From NCBI GenBank assembly GCA_041389845.1, contig JAWKQZ010000037.1:9716-73715 (forward strand): a stretch of DNA of 64,000 bases. The letters run 5' to 3'. Below the pieces are notes generated by a model. It worked only from the letters and a program-made list of their open reading frames with translations, was not told where the DNA came from and made no database searches. The DNA is from Nannocystaceae bacterium. Its GTDB lineage: Bacteria > Myxococcota_A > Polyangia > Nannocystales > Nannocystaceae. Positions 35,055 through 44,277 of this stretch are shown here, in pieces (position 1 is the first letter of the stretch; the number at the start of each line of letters is the position of its first letter). Both the position numbers and the translations under genes were made by a program.

Positions 35055-37145
35055 ATGCGAAGCGCCTGGTCCGACGCCGACGCCGACGCGGCGGTCGAGG
35101 AGTTCACCGCCCGGTTCCCCCGGCACTGCAACCGCGACGTCGCCCTGCGGGTGTACACGTCCCGCCTCATCGGCCGCGATCCGGCGCTCGTCCTCCACGG
35201 CGGCGGCAACACCTCGGTCAAGACCACGCTCCCCGACGAGCTCGGCGAGCCCTGCTCGGTGCTCTGCGTCAAGGGGAGCGGCTGGGACCTGGCGGCGATC
35301 GAGCCCCCGGGGCTGCCCGCGGTCCGCCTCCGGCCCCTGCAGGCGCTCCGCCGCCTCGAGTCCCTCGACGACGAGGCGATGGTCAACGCGGCCCGCTCTC
35401 GCCTCCTCGATCCGAGCGCGCCCAACCCCTCGGTCGAGGTCCTCCTCCACGCCTTCCTCCCCCACGCGTTCATCGATCACTCGCACGCCGACGCGATCCT
35501 CGCCCTCGTCGATCAGCCGAACGCGGCCGAGATCGCGGCCGAGATCTACGGCGACACCCTCGCGGTCGTCCCCTACGTGATGCCGGGCTTCGCCCTCGCC
35601 CGCCTCGCCGCCGAGATCTACGAGGCCCACCCCGAGTGCGAGGGGCTCCTCCTCCTCCAGCACGGCCTCTTCACCTTCGGCGAGACCGCGCGCGACGCCT
35701 ACGAGCGCCACATCGCCGCCGTCGATCGGGCCGAGATCCACATCGGCCGCTGCCGCACCCTCCGCTCGCGGGCGGCGAAGGAGGCCGCCGCCGCCGCGCC
35801 GCCGCCCCCTCCGCCGACGCCCCCGGTCGACCTCGAGGACCGCTGGCCGACGATCGCGTCGACCCTCCGCGGTCGCCTCGAGATCGCCGGCGGCCGGCCG
35901 ATCCTCCACCTCCGCAAGGGCCTGGCGATCCGCACCTTCGTCGACGATCCGGCGCTCGACACCCTCGCCCTCCGCGGGCCCGCCACCCCCGATCACGTGA
36001 TCCGCACCAAGCAGGCGCCGCTGATCCTCGACGTCGACGAGCGCGCTCGCGCCGACGAGCCCGCGCTCGCCACCGCCGTCGACCTCGCGCTCTCGGCCTA
36101 TCGCCGGCGCTACCGCGACTACTTCGAGGGGCAGACCCAGGGGCGCGGGCTCACCCGCGTCGCCCTCGACCCCGACCCGCGGGTGATCCTGATCCCCGGC
36201 CTCGGCCTCTGTGGGGTCGGCGCCAGCGAGAAGGCGGCGAAGATCGCCGCCGACCTCTACGTGCACACCATCGCGATCATCTCCGACGCCGAGGCGGTCG
36301 GCCGCTACCAGGCGCTCGACGACGACGACCTCTTCGACATGGAGTACTGGCCCCTCGAGCAGGCGAAGCTCGGCAAGAAGGCGCCGCTCCCCCTCGCCGG
36401 TCGGGTCGTCGTGATCACCGGGGCCGCCAGCGGCATCGGCCGCGCGACCGCCCGCGCCTTCGCGGCCCAGGGCGCCCACCTCTTCCTCCTCGACCGCGAG
36501 GGCGAGGCGCTCGGCGCCCTCGCCAAGGGCCTCGACGCCGGCGCGGCGATCGTCGACGTCTGCGAGCGCGCGGCCGTCGAGGCGGCGATCGACGCCTGCG
36601 TCCGCCGCTTCGGCGGGGTCGACGGCCTGATCTCCAACGCCGGTCAGGCCACCCAGGCGCCGATCGCAACCTGTCCTCCGGGACACCTCGAGGCGAGCCT
36701 CCAGGTCAACCTCCTCGCCCACCAGTGGTCGGCGGCGGCGGTGACCCGGGTGCTCCGTCGGCAGGGGCGCGGCGGCTTCCTCCTCTTCAACGCCTCCAAG
36801 GCCGCCTTCAACCCCGGCGAGGGCTTCGGGCCCTACGCGGTCGCCAAGGCCGGCCTCATCGCCCTGATGAAGCAGTACGCCCTCGAGCACGGCCGCGACG
36901 GGATCCGGGCCTCGGCGATCAACGCCGATCGGGTGCGCACCGGCCTCTTCCCGCCCGAGGTCGTCGAGCAGCGCGCCCAGGCCCGCGGGCTCGAGCCCGG
37001 CGCCTACTTCCAGGCCAACCTCCTCCACCGCGAGGTCACCGTCGACGACGTCGCCCAGGCCTTCCTCCACCTCGCCCTCGCCGAGTCGACCACCGGCGCG
37101 GTGCTGACCGTGGACGGGGGCAACATCGCCGCGTCCCCGCGCTGA
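35055..37145 (+). CDS. bifunctional class II aldolase / short-chain dehydrogenase (rhamnulose-1-phosphate aldolase/ADH-like)
   Basis: From the ATG at 35055: N-terminal aldolase part with LVLHGGGNTSVK and FIDHSHAD. C-terminal SDR part with VITGAASGIGRA, NAGQ and YAVAKAG. The ~696-aa length fits the family. Confidence 0.9.
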   Translation: MRSAWSDADADAAVEEFTARFPRHCNRDVALRVYTSRLIGRDPALVLHGGGNTSVKTTLPDELGEPCSVLCVKGSGWDLAAIEPPGLPAVRLRPLQALRRLESLDDEAMVNAARSRLLDPSAPNPSVEVLLHAFLPHAFIDHSHADAILALVDQPNAAEIAAEIYGDTLAVVPYVMPGFALARLAAEIYEAHPECEGLLLLQHGLFTFGETARDAYERHIAAVDRAEIHIGRCRTLRSRAAKEAAAAAPPPPPPTPPVDLEDRWPTIASTLRGRLEIAGGRPILHLRKGLAIRTFVDDPALDTLALRGPATPDHVIRTKQAPLILDVDERARADEPALATAVDLALSAYRRRYRDYFEGQTQGRGLTRVALDPDPRVILIPGLGLCGVGASEKAAKIAADLYVHTIAIISDAEAVGRYQALDDDDLFDMEYWPLEQAKLGKKAPLPLAGRVVVITGAASGIGRATARAFAAQGAHLFLLDREGEALGALAKGLDAGAAIVDVCERAAVEAAIDACVRRFGGVDGLISNAGQATQAPIATCPPGHLEASLQVNLLAHQWSAAAVTRVLRRQGRGGFLLFNASKAAFNPGEGFGPYAVAKAGLIALMKQYALEHGRDGIRASAINADRVRTGLFPPEVVEQRAQARGLEPGAYFQANLLHREVTVDDVAQAFLHLALAESTTGAVLTVDGGNIAASPR

Positions 37146-37351
37146 GCGCGAGGTCCCCGCGGCGCCGGCGTGATCCGTGGACGCCCGCGGCCGCCGAGGA
37201 TGTGCGATCGACCGAGGCGCGGAGGCCCCATCGCCGCGCCCGCCCGCGCGGCCGTCGAGGTCGATCCGCGACGCTCGGCCCGGCCGTCGAGGAGGACGCG
37301 GCCGGAGCGCGAGGCCCCCCGATCGATCCGTCGACGTACACTCGCGCCGCC

Positions 37352-38005
37352 ATGCAGACCACACCGAAGCTCTACGCCTTCCCCGGCTCCCCGAACTCGC
37401 GCCGCGTCCTCGCGGTGGTCGCCCACCTCGGCGTCGACGTCGACCTCCAGATCATCGACCTCTCGAAGGGCCAGTCGCGGACCCCCGAGTACCTCGAGAT
37501 CAACCCGATGGGCCGGACGCCGACCCTGGTCGACGGCGACTTCGTCCTCTGGGAGTCGAACGCGATCATCCAGTACCTCACCGATCGCGCCCGCGAGGCC
37601 GGCCACGCCGAGGCCGCGACCCTCCTGCCGACCGACGCCCGCGGCCGCGCCGACGTCACCCGGTGGCAGGCCTGGCAGATGAGCCACCTCGGCGCCGCGG
37701 TCCAGACCATCGTCTACGAGAACCTGGTCAAGCGGATGTTCATGGGCCAGGAGCCCGACGCGGTCGAGGTCGAGCGCGGCCTCCGGAACTACCACCCGAA
37801 CGCCAAGTTCCTCGACGCCCACCTGAACGGGCGGAGCTGGATCACCGGCGAGCACCTGACCCTCGCCGACTTCGCGATCGCGGCGGTCCTGATGTACGCG
37901 CCGATGGCCGGCGTCCCCCTCGAGGAGTACCCGAACATCCGCGCGTGGATGGGCCGGATGAACGAGCTCCCGGCGTGGAAGAAGTCGGAGCCGCGGATGC
38001 GCTGA
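37352..38005 (+). CDS. glutathione S-transferase
   Basis: MQTTPKLYAFPGSPNSRRV...INPMGRTPTLVDGDFVLWESNAIIQYL, plus a helical C-domain. Confidence 0.9.
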   Translation: MQTTPKLYAFPGSPNSRRVLAVVAHLGVDVDLQIIDLSKGQSRTPEYLEINPMGRTPTLVDGDFVLWESNAIIQYLTDRAREAGHAEAATLLPTDARGRADVTRWQAWQMSHLGAAVQTIVYENLVKRMFMGQEPDAVEVERGLRNYHPNAKFLDAHLNGRSWITGEHLTLADFAIAAVLMYAPMAGVPLEEYPNIRAWMGRMNELPAWKKSEPRMR

Positions 38006-38204
38006 TCCGACGGGCGCCCGGGGGGTCGGCGCGGACGCGTCGGCCGACCCCTCGAGCGGCGAGGCGGGCCCGCGCCCGCTCGGTGCCCTCCTGGCGAGGA
38101 CCGCGATCGCCTCCTCGCCTCGTCACCCTCGCCCCTTCGCCTCGTCACCCTCGCCCCGAACCGACGCTCTGCTCCTTCTCGGCGCGCCCGGACCCAGCGC
38201 GCGA

Positions 38205-38390
38205 GCGACTCTGCCACTCCCCTGAATGGGGGTGCCTCGCCTGCCCCCGATCGACTCTGCCACTCCCCCGAATTGGGGAGACTCGCCTGGCCCCATCCGA
38301 AACGCACACTCCCCCGAATCGGGGAGGCTCGCGAGGCCCCATTCGAAGCGCTCGCTCCCCCGAATCGGGGAGGACCGAGATCACGAGCCT
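38205..38390 (+). repeat. 46-bp tandem repeat x4, each unit carrying a perfect 18-nt hairpin CTCCCC-CGAAT(C/T)-GGGGAG
   Basis: Hairpins at 38217, 38263, 38309 and 38355 (exact 46-bp phasing). Degenerate copies lie near 38421 and 38548. The spacers between hairpins are homologous to each other. Confidence 0.9.
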
Positions 38391-38590
38391 CCCACGCCGC
38401 TCCGGGGCGCGGCGGGCGATTGCCCTCATTCGGGGCAGAGCGCCGCGAATGGCCGCATCGTCGGGATCCCGGGCGCCCTCGGATCCTCAATCGACGTCTC
38501 GCGGAAATAGCCGTCGACACCTCCGCGATCGCGGTGTACACGTACTCCCGGTTTGGGGACCCGCGTAGTCGGGTCGGGAGGGCGTAGGCG

Positions 38591-40213
38591 ATGAGCACTA
38601 TTGCGATCTCGATCGCAGGATTTGCGATCAATGTCACGATCGAGAGCGAGGGTCCGAATGGGATCACCGGCGTCCTCGACCTGACCCGATTCGAGATCGG
38701 CGGCGTCGAGCTCCTCCGGATCTCCTCGGCCACCGATCCGACCCAGGGCGCCCAAATCTCGATGTCGGCCGGATCCAATTGGGGCGCGACGATCACCGGC
38801 GAGATCGCGCTCCTCAACGGCGCGTGGTCGCAGTCCAAGACCTTCGCGGTCGCCCACGACAGCTTCTACGTCGAGCTGCCCTCGCTCGACCTCGGCAGCA
38901 ACGTCGGCCTCGGCGGCTCCTTCGCCTTCGCCGACGGGCAATTCACCGTCGATCTCACCGGCTCGGCCGAGGTCGGCTTCTCCTTCTTCGGCGTCACGGT
39001 CTCGCCGACCTTCGAGCTCACGCTCGGCACCACCATCGTCCCCGGCGCGCCGCCCTCGGTGGTCTACGCGCTCTCCGGGGGCGCCGGCGTCCTCGGGGTC
39101 TCGGTCCCGCTGCCGCCGCCGCCGCTCGCCTCGCCGATCACCTTCGAATCGCCGATCACCTCGGCGGCGGCGATCGGCGCCAAGATCTACGCGATCGCGA
39201 AGGACTTCATCGAGGACGTGATCTGGGACTACCTCCAGCGCTGGGCCCAGGAGCTCGAGAGGGCCGTGATCGCCGGCGCCGAGTTCGTCGCCAACTACGG
39301 CGCGCAGATCGTCGACGCGGTCGGCGACGGGCTGAGCGACCTCTTCGGCTCGTCCGACGACGGTCCGCCGCCGCCGATCCTCCCCAACGCCTTCGCCGAC
39401 GGGACCACGCCGCTCGGCGACGTCGCCCTCCAGTGGGGCCAGGCGTCGATCGCCGTCGACGAGGCCAAGGACTTCGACTTCGTCCGCCCCTTCGGGGGCG
39501 CCGCCGTCGCCGTCGCCCTCTGCGCCGCCCGCTCCGGCGTCCGCTCCGGCCTCTCGGTCAAGTCCCGCGCGAGCACCAAGTTCGTCCTCGACCGCGACAA
39601 CGCGATCGACGGGCTCATCCCCTTCCACTGGCTGGCGCTCGGCGCCGCCCCGGGGCGGACCCTCCCGACCAAGGGCTCGCGGACGATCGGCGACGTCCTG
39701 ATCCAGTGGGGCCGCGAGACCAGCGAGAGCGACGGCGTCCAGGTCTTCTCCCTCTCCTCCGCCTTCAACACCGCGAGCAGGGCCGGCCCGATCGTGATGA
39801 TCACCAACGCCGACACCGGCGGGGTCAAGGGCGCCTTCAACGTCACGACGATCGACGGCGCCGGCAAGACCTTCGCGATCAACCGCGACAACGCGATCGA
39901 CGGCGCGTTCCCGATCACCTACCTGGCGATCGGACCGGCGCCGGGGAAGAAGGTCCCCCAGGGGGTCCTCGCCGTCGACGACTTCCTCCTCCAGTGGGGG
40001 ATCGCCACCACCGACGCCGACGGCGAGCAGCGCTTCCTCTTCCCCCGCGCCTTCAAGACCATGAACTTCGCGGTGGTCACGACGTTCCACGCGGCCAACG
40101 CCCTCTCGGCGCTCTCCCAGTCCCGGCCGATCGATCCGGCGGGGTTCATCCTCGACCGCGACAACGCGATCGACGGCGCCTACTCCTTCTTCTGGGTCGC
40201 CGCCGGTCGGTGA
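38591..40213 (+). CDS. protein with a ~270-aa unknown N-domain plus three tail-fibre-tip-like (gp53-C / H-lectin-like) modules
   Basis: 540-aa ORF with no signal peptide. Three repeats of xxQWG...F..F...(V/I)V...DRDNAIDG..(F/Y)xW(L/V)AxG occupy 39420-40213. Confidence 0.8.
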   Translation: MSTIAISIAGFAINVTIESEGPNGITGVLDLTRFEIGGVELLRISSATDPTQGAQISMSAGSNWGATITGEIALLNGAWSQSKTFAVAHDSFYVELPSLDLGSNVGLGGSFAFADGQFTVDLTGSAEVGFSFFGVTVSPTFELTLGTTIVPGAPPSVVYALSGGAGVLGVSVPLPPPPLASPITFESPITSAAAIGAKIYAIAKDFIEDVIWDYLQRWAQELERAVIAGAEFVANYGAQIVDAVGDGLSDLFGSSDDGPPPPILPNAFADGTTPLGDVALQWGQASIAVDEAKDFDFVRPFGGAAVAVALCAARSGVRSGLSVKSRASTKFVLDRDNAIDGLIPFHWLALGAAPGRTLPTKGSRTIGDVLIQWGRETSESDGVQVFSLSSAFNTASRAGPIVMITNADTGGVKGAFNVTTIDGAGKTFAINRDNAIDGAFPITYLAIGPAPGKKVPQGVLAVDDFLLQWGIATTDADGEQRFLFPRAFKTMNFAVVTTFHAANALSALSQSRPIDPAGFILDRDNAIDGAYSFFWVAAGR

Positions 40214-40255
40214 GCCGGAGCCCCCCATTCAACGATCGATCGCCGAGGTGAGCTC

Positions 40256-41149
40256 ATGGCTGCGACCACCTTCCTGATTCAGATGACCAACGCCTCGAAG
40301 TCGTACCGCAACGGCTTCAAGGACAGCGCCACCGTCGGCGCCCTCAAGATCCAGTGGGGCCAGGACGTCTGCACCTCCGACGGCCTCCAGACCTTCAACT
40401 TCCCCAGCTCGTTCCACTCCGCCTGCTACGCGGTGGTGATCACCTCGTCGCTGCCGAACGCCCGCTCGGGCCTGCCGGTGGTCCTGCGCGAGAAGGGGCG
40501 CTTCGGCGTCGATCGCGACGGCGGCATCGACGGCCCCTACCCCTTCTACTGGATCGCGATCGGCGACGCGAGCGCGACCCCCGAGAGCGGCTCCTTCCTG
40601 CTCCCGGCGGACGAGGACGTCGCCCCCTGGCTCCTCTGGGGCGACCTGGTCAGCAACCTCGACGGCGACCAGAGCTTCACCACCTCGCGGGCGCTCCCCG
40701 CCGGCGCGTCGGCGATCGTGCTCAACACGACCCTCGCCAACCTCCGCAGCGCCCTCCCGGCGACCTCGTTCGACGGGGCGGGCCGGTCGCTGAGGGTCAA
40801 CCGCAACAACGACATCAACGGCTCGGTCGGCTTCTCCTACCTCGCCCTCGGCGGCGCCGCGACCGGGGCGCCCAACAGCGCGAGCGCGGCGGTCGCCCAC
40901 TTCGCCCAGGCGGGGTTCAAGATCCAGTGGGGCCGCTCGCGCAGCACCTCGGACTACGAGGAGCTCTTCATGCTCCCCGAGGCCTTCGCCGACATGAACT
41001 TCGCGGTGGTGACCGCCCTCAACACCTCGGGTCACCGCGCCGGGCTCGCGCTGAGCCGGCCGGTGAACCCCCGCTCCTTCATCGTCGATCGCGCGGGCGG
41101 CGACATCGACGGGCAGCGCGACTTCTACTGGATCGCCGTCGGCCGCTGA
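40256..41149 (+). CDS. protein made of three tail-fibre-tip-like modules (paralogue of the C-half of 38591..40213)
   Basis: 297-aa ORF starting 42 bp after the previous stop. KIQWG...FNFPSSFHSACYAVVIT...VDRDGGIDGPYPFYWIAIG, with two more copies ending FSYLALG and FYWIAVGR. Confidence 0.8.
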   Translation: MAATTFLIQMTNASKSYRNGFKDSATVGALKIQWGQDVCTSDGLQTFNFPSSFHSACYAVVITSSLPNARSGLPVVLREKGRFGVDRDGGIDGPYPFYWIAIGDASATPESGSFLLPADEDVAPWLLWGDLVSNLDGDQSFTTSRALPAGASAIVLNTTLANLRSALPATSFDGAGRSLRVNRNNDINGSVGFSYLALGGAATGAPNSASAAVAHFAQAGFKIQWGRSRSTSDYEELFMLPEAFADMNFAVVTALNTSGHRAGLALSRPVNPRSFIVDRAGGDIDGQRDFYWIAVGR

Positions 41150-41270
41150 GCCCTCGCGGCTTCTTCGGCGATCGCGCGGGCGACGGGCGTTTCCGCGCGC
41201 TCCGTGCGATCGCCGACCGCCCCCGCTGGACACCGTTCCGCGGGCCAGGGAACATCTCCCTCGTCCCCGC

Positions 41271-44267
41271 GTGTTCAGCTTCGTCCGCCGGGGGAGCGAG
41301 CCGATGGCATCTCAGGGATCGTCGTCCAAATTCGTCGTCGTCGCCGCCCTCGCGATCGGCGGCGGCCTCCTCTGGTGGCTCCTCGGCCGCGCCGATCCGG
41401 AGGCGACGACCGAGCCGATCGCCGACGGGGCCGGGGCCCGCCCGGACGACGCCCGCCGCCGCGGCCTCGAGCTCGCGCTGCGGCCGGGCGCCGCCGCCGA
41501 GCTCCGCCTCGCTCGGCGGGCGTCGATCACCGGGACGATCCGCGACGACGGGGGCGAGCCGATCGCCGGCGCCCGGGTCTGCGCGCTCGTCCGCTCGTGG
41601 GTCCTGCCGAGCGTCGACACCCAAAACGCCCGCTGCAGCGAGAGCGAGGCCGACGGCCACTACCGGATCGACGACCTCTTCCCGGTCCGCCACGAGGTCG
41701 TCGCCAGCGCGCCCACCTTCATCGCCGGCGCGTACAAGCAGGACGAGGGCGGACGCCGCAGCGGCACCGTCAGCCTCCAGCCGGGGATGGAGGCCCGCGA
41801 CATCGACATCACCCTCCGCGGCGGCGGCGTCGAGCTCCGCGGCGTCGTCAAGGATCTCAGCGGCGGCGCGGTCGAGGGCGCCCAGGTCTCGACCGAGCAC
41901 GCCGTCGGCTTCAGCGGGGCGGAGGGCGTCTTCTCGCTCTGGGTGGCGCCGGGGGAGCGCTGGGTCAACGCCCACGCCGAGGGCTACGCCGGCGCCAACG
42001 ACGGCGGCGTCGTCCCGGGCCACGAGTACCAGCTCTACCTCACCCCGGAGGCCGCGCTCGTCGGCAAGGTCGTGCGGGCCGAGGACGGCGCGCCGGTGGA
42101 GGGCGTCACCGTGACCTCGAGGTCGGGGATGGGCTGGAGCTGGAACAGCCAGAGCGCGATCACCGACGCCGCCGGCCGCTTCCGCCTCGGCGGCCTCGAG
42201 CCGGGGGCCTACAAGGCCGAGGCGACCGGCGACGAGGTCTACGGCCTCGCCGACGAGCAGGTGATCCTCGGCCTCGGCGAGACCTCGGATCCGCTCACGG
42301 TCCGCGTCCACCCGGCGTTCTCGGTCCGCGGGTCGGTGCTGACGAAGAGCGGCGAGTCCTGCGAGGACGGGTGGCTCGAGCTCGACGATCACGCCGACGC
42401 CCGGAGCAACAACGGCGCGATCGAGCCGGACGGCGCGGTCCAGGTCCGCGGCCTCCTCCCCGGCGAATATCAGGTGAGCGTCCGCTGCCCCGGCAAGGTC
42501 CCCGCCGAGCGCTACGATCGGGTGACGGTCGTCGATCGCAGCCTCGAGGGCCTCCGCTGGGAGGTCGGGGACGGCCACGCGCTCCGCGGCCGCGTCGTCG
42601 ACAGCCGCGGCGAGCCGGTGCCCGCGATCAACGTCCGCGCCGAGGCCAAGCTCGCGGCCGGCCAGGGCCGCGCCCAGGCGACCAGCGCCTGGTCGGGGCG
42701 CACCGACGCCGACGGCCGCTTCGAGCTCCGGGGCCTCCTCGCCGGCAACTACGACGTCCGGGCGTCGTCGTGGAGCCCGGGGCGGGCGGTCCCGCTCGAG
42801 CCCCTCAAGGTCACCTTGCCCGAGGGGAGGGACCTCGACGGCCTGAAGATCGAGCTGCCGGCGACCGGCGAGCTCCGCGGGCGCCTCGTCGACACCGAGG
42901 GGCGCCCGATCCCCCGGGCGTCGGTCTCGCTGCGGAACGGCCTCGACTGGCGGGGCTGCAGCGTCACCGACGACGGCGCCTTCTCGGCCCAGGATCTCCG
43001 CCCCGGCACCTACCGGGCGGTCGCCACCGTCGACGGCAACAGCCTCCGGAGCCCCGGGACCAGCGACGACGACGTCCAGGGCGAGCGGATCGAGATCGTC
43101 GAGGGCGAGGTCGCGAACCTCGAGCTGGTGGTCGAGAACGCGACCGGGGTGATCCGCGGGGTCGTCCGCGACGAGGACGGGGGCCCGGTCGCCGACGCCT
43201 TCGTCGAGTCCAGCCGCGAGCCCGAGCGCGCCGGGGCGGCGAGCGGCGCGGCGGCCCGCTCGAACCGCTGGGGCTCCTTCAGCGGCGACCCGATCCTCAC
43301 CGACGCCGACGGCCGCTTCACGATCCCGCGGATCGCCGGCAAGCACACCCTCCTCGCCCACCGCAAGGGCGGCGGCGAGGCGATCCTCGAGCACGTCGCC
43401 GCCGGCGACGACGTGGTCCTGACGATCGCCGCGACCGGGCGGCTGAGCGGCACCGTCACCCTCGCCGGCGGCGGCGCGCCGGAGGAGTTCTCCCTTGCCG
43501 CCGTCGACGAGGCGACCGGCCTCAGCCGCCGCGACTCGTTCTTCCGCAGCGGCGGCGCCTGGAGCCTCGCCGAGATCCCGGCGGGGACCTACAAGATCCA
43601 GGTCAACAGCGGCCCGGGCTCGGCCGAGACCGAGGCGACGATGGTCGCCGGCCGCGACACCGAGGGGATCACGATCGAGCTCGCGCCCAAGGTCACCGTC
43701 CGCGGCCTGATCGTCGACGCCGAGGGGGCGCCCCTCGAGGGGATGTACGTCGCCATCAGCGGCATGGGCCGGGGCTACGCGGGCGACGACGACGACAAGC
43801 AGAACGTCACCGACTCGAGCGGCCGCTTCGAGGTCAAGAAGGCGTCGACCGGCAGCGTCTTCATCTCGGTCTCGTCGCGGGTGAGCGACGACTACGAGTG
43901 GACCCGGGTGCCGGTGATGATCGCCGCCGACGCGCCGGTCGCCGAGCTCGCGCCGATCCAGGTCCTCCGCAGGCGGGTCGAGCGCGGCAAGGTCGCCGGT
44001 GACCTCGGCTACACCCTGAAGGACCCGGACCCCGGCGCCGATCCGATGGAGCGCACCTTCGTCGTCGCCTTCATCCGCCCCGGCGGCCCCGCGGCCAAGG
44101 CCGGCCTCCAGGTCGGCGACGAGATCGTCACCGTCGACGGCGTCGACGTCCGCGGCGGCCGGAACTACCTCTACTCGGGGCTGACCCGGGTGAAGGTCGA
44201 CACCACGATCGCCCTCGGCCTCGCCCGCGGGGCGATCGTCCAGGTGACCGCGGAAGAGCGACCCTGA
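41271..44267 (+). CDS. membrane-anchored giant protein: ~9-10 carboxypeptidase-regulatory-like domains plus a C-terminal PDZ
   Basis: N-terminal TM segment FVVVAALAIGGGLLWWLL. Recurrent (L/I)RG.V.D..G.P(V/I)..A.V ... TD..GRF.L.GL.PG.Y units. PDZ-like tail FIRPGGPAAKAGLQVGDEIVTVDG. Confidence 0.85.
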   Translation: MFSFVRRGSEPMASQGSSSKFVVVAALAIGGGLLWWLLGRADPEATTEPIADGAGARPDDARRRGLELALRPGAAAELRLARRASITGTIRDDGGEPIAGARVCALVRSWVLPSVDTQNARCSESEADGHYRIDDLFPVRHEVVASAPTFIAGAYKQDEGGRRSGTVSLQPGMEARDIDITLRGGGVELRGVVKDLSGGAVEGAQVSTEHAVGFSGAEGVFSLWVAPGERWVNAHAEGYAGANDGGVVPGHEYQLYLTPEAALVGKVVRAEDGAPVEGVTVTSRSGMGWSWNSQSAITDAAGRFRLGGLEPGAYKAEATGDEVYGLADEQVILGLGETSDPLTVRVHPAFSVRGSVLTKSGESCEDGWLELDDHADARSNNGAIEPDGAVQVRGLLPGEYQVSVRCPGKVPAERYDRVTVVDRSLEGLRWEVGDGHALRGRVVDSRGEPVPAINVRAEAKLAAGQGRAQATSAWSGRTDADGRFELRGLLAGNYDVRASSWSPGRAVPLEPLKVTLPEGRDLDGLKIELPATGELRGRLVDTEGRPIPRASVSLRNGLDWRGCSVTDDGAFSAQDLRPGTYRAVATVDGNSLRSPGTSDDDVQGERIEIVEGEVANLELVVENATGVIRGVVRDEDGGPVADAFVESSREPERAGAASGAAARSNRWGSFSGDPILTDADGRFTIPRIAGKHTLLAHRKGGGEAILEHVAAGDDVVLTIAATGRLSGTVTLAGGGAPEEFSLAAVDEATGLSRRDSFFRSGGAWSLAEIPAGTYKIQVNSGPGSAETEATMVAGRDTEGITIELAPKVTVRGLIVDAEGAPLEGMYVAISGMGRGYAGDDDDKQNVTDSSGRFEVKKASTGSVFISVSSRVSDDYEWTRVPVMIAADAPVAELAPIQVLRRRVERGKVAGDLGYTLKDPDPGADPMERTFVVAFIRPGGPAAKAGLQVGDEIVTVDGVDVRGGRNYLYSGLTRVKVDTTIALGLARGAIVQVTAEERP

Positions 44268-44277
44268 CGGGGCAGGG

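Noticed and set aside
38205-38390. Regularly spaced 18-nt palindromic repeats with ~28-nt intervening segments looked CRISPR-like
   Set aside because: There are only four units. The repeat is far shorter than typical CRISPR repeats. The intervening segments are homologous to each other, so this is a 46-bp tandem repeat rather than an array of unique spacers. No cas genes are in the window.
38591-41149. Prophage or tailocin remnant, because of tail-fibre-like domains
   Set aside because: No capsid, terminase, portal, sheath/tube, baseplate, integrase or lysis genes lie within at least 15 kb on either side. There is no att-like flanking repeat or tRNA. The flanking genes are ordinary metabolic and regulatory genes.
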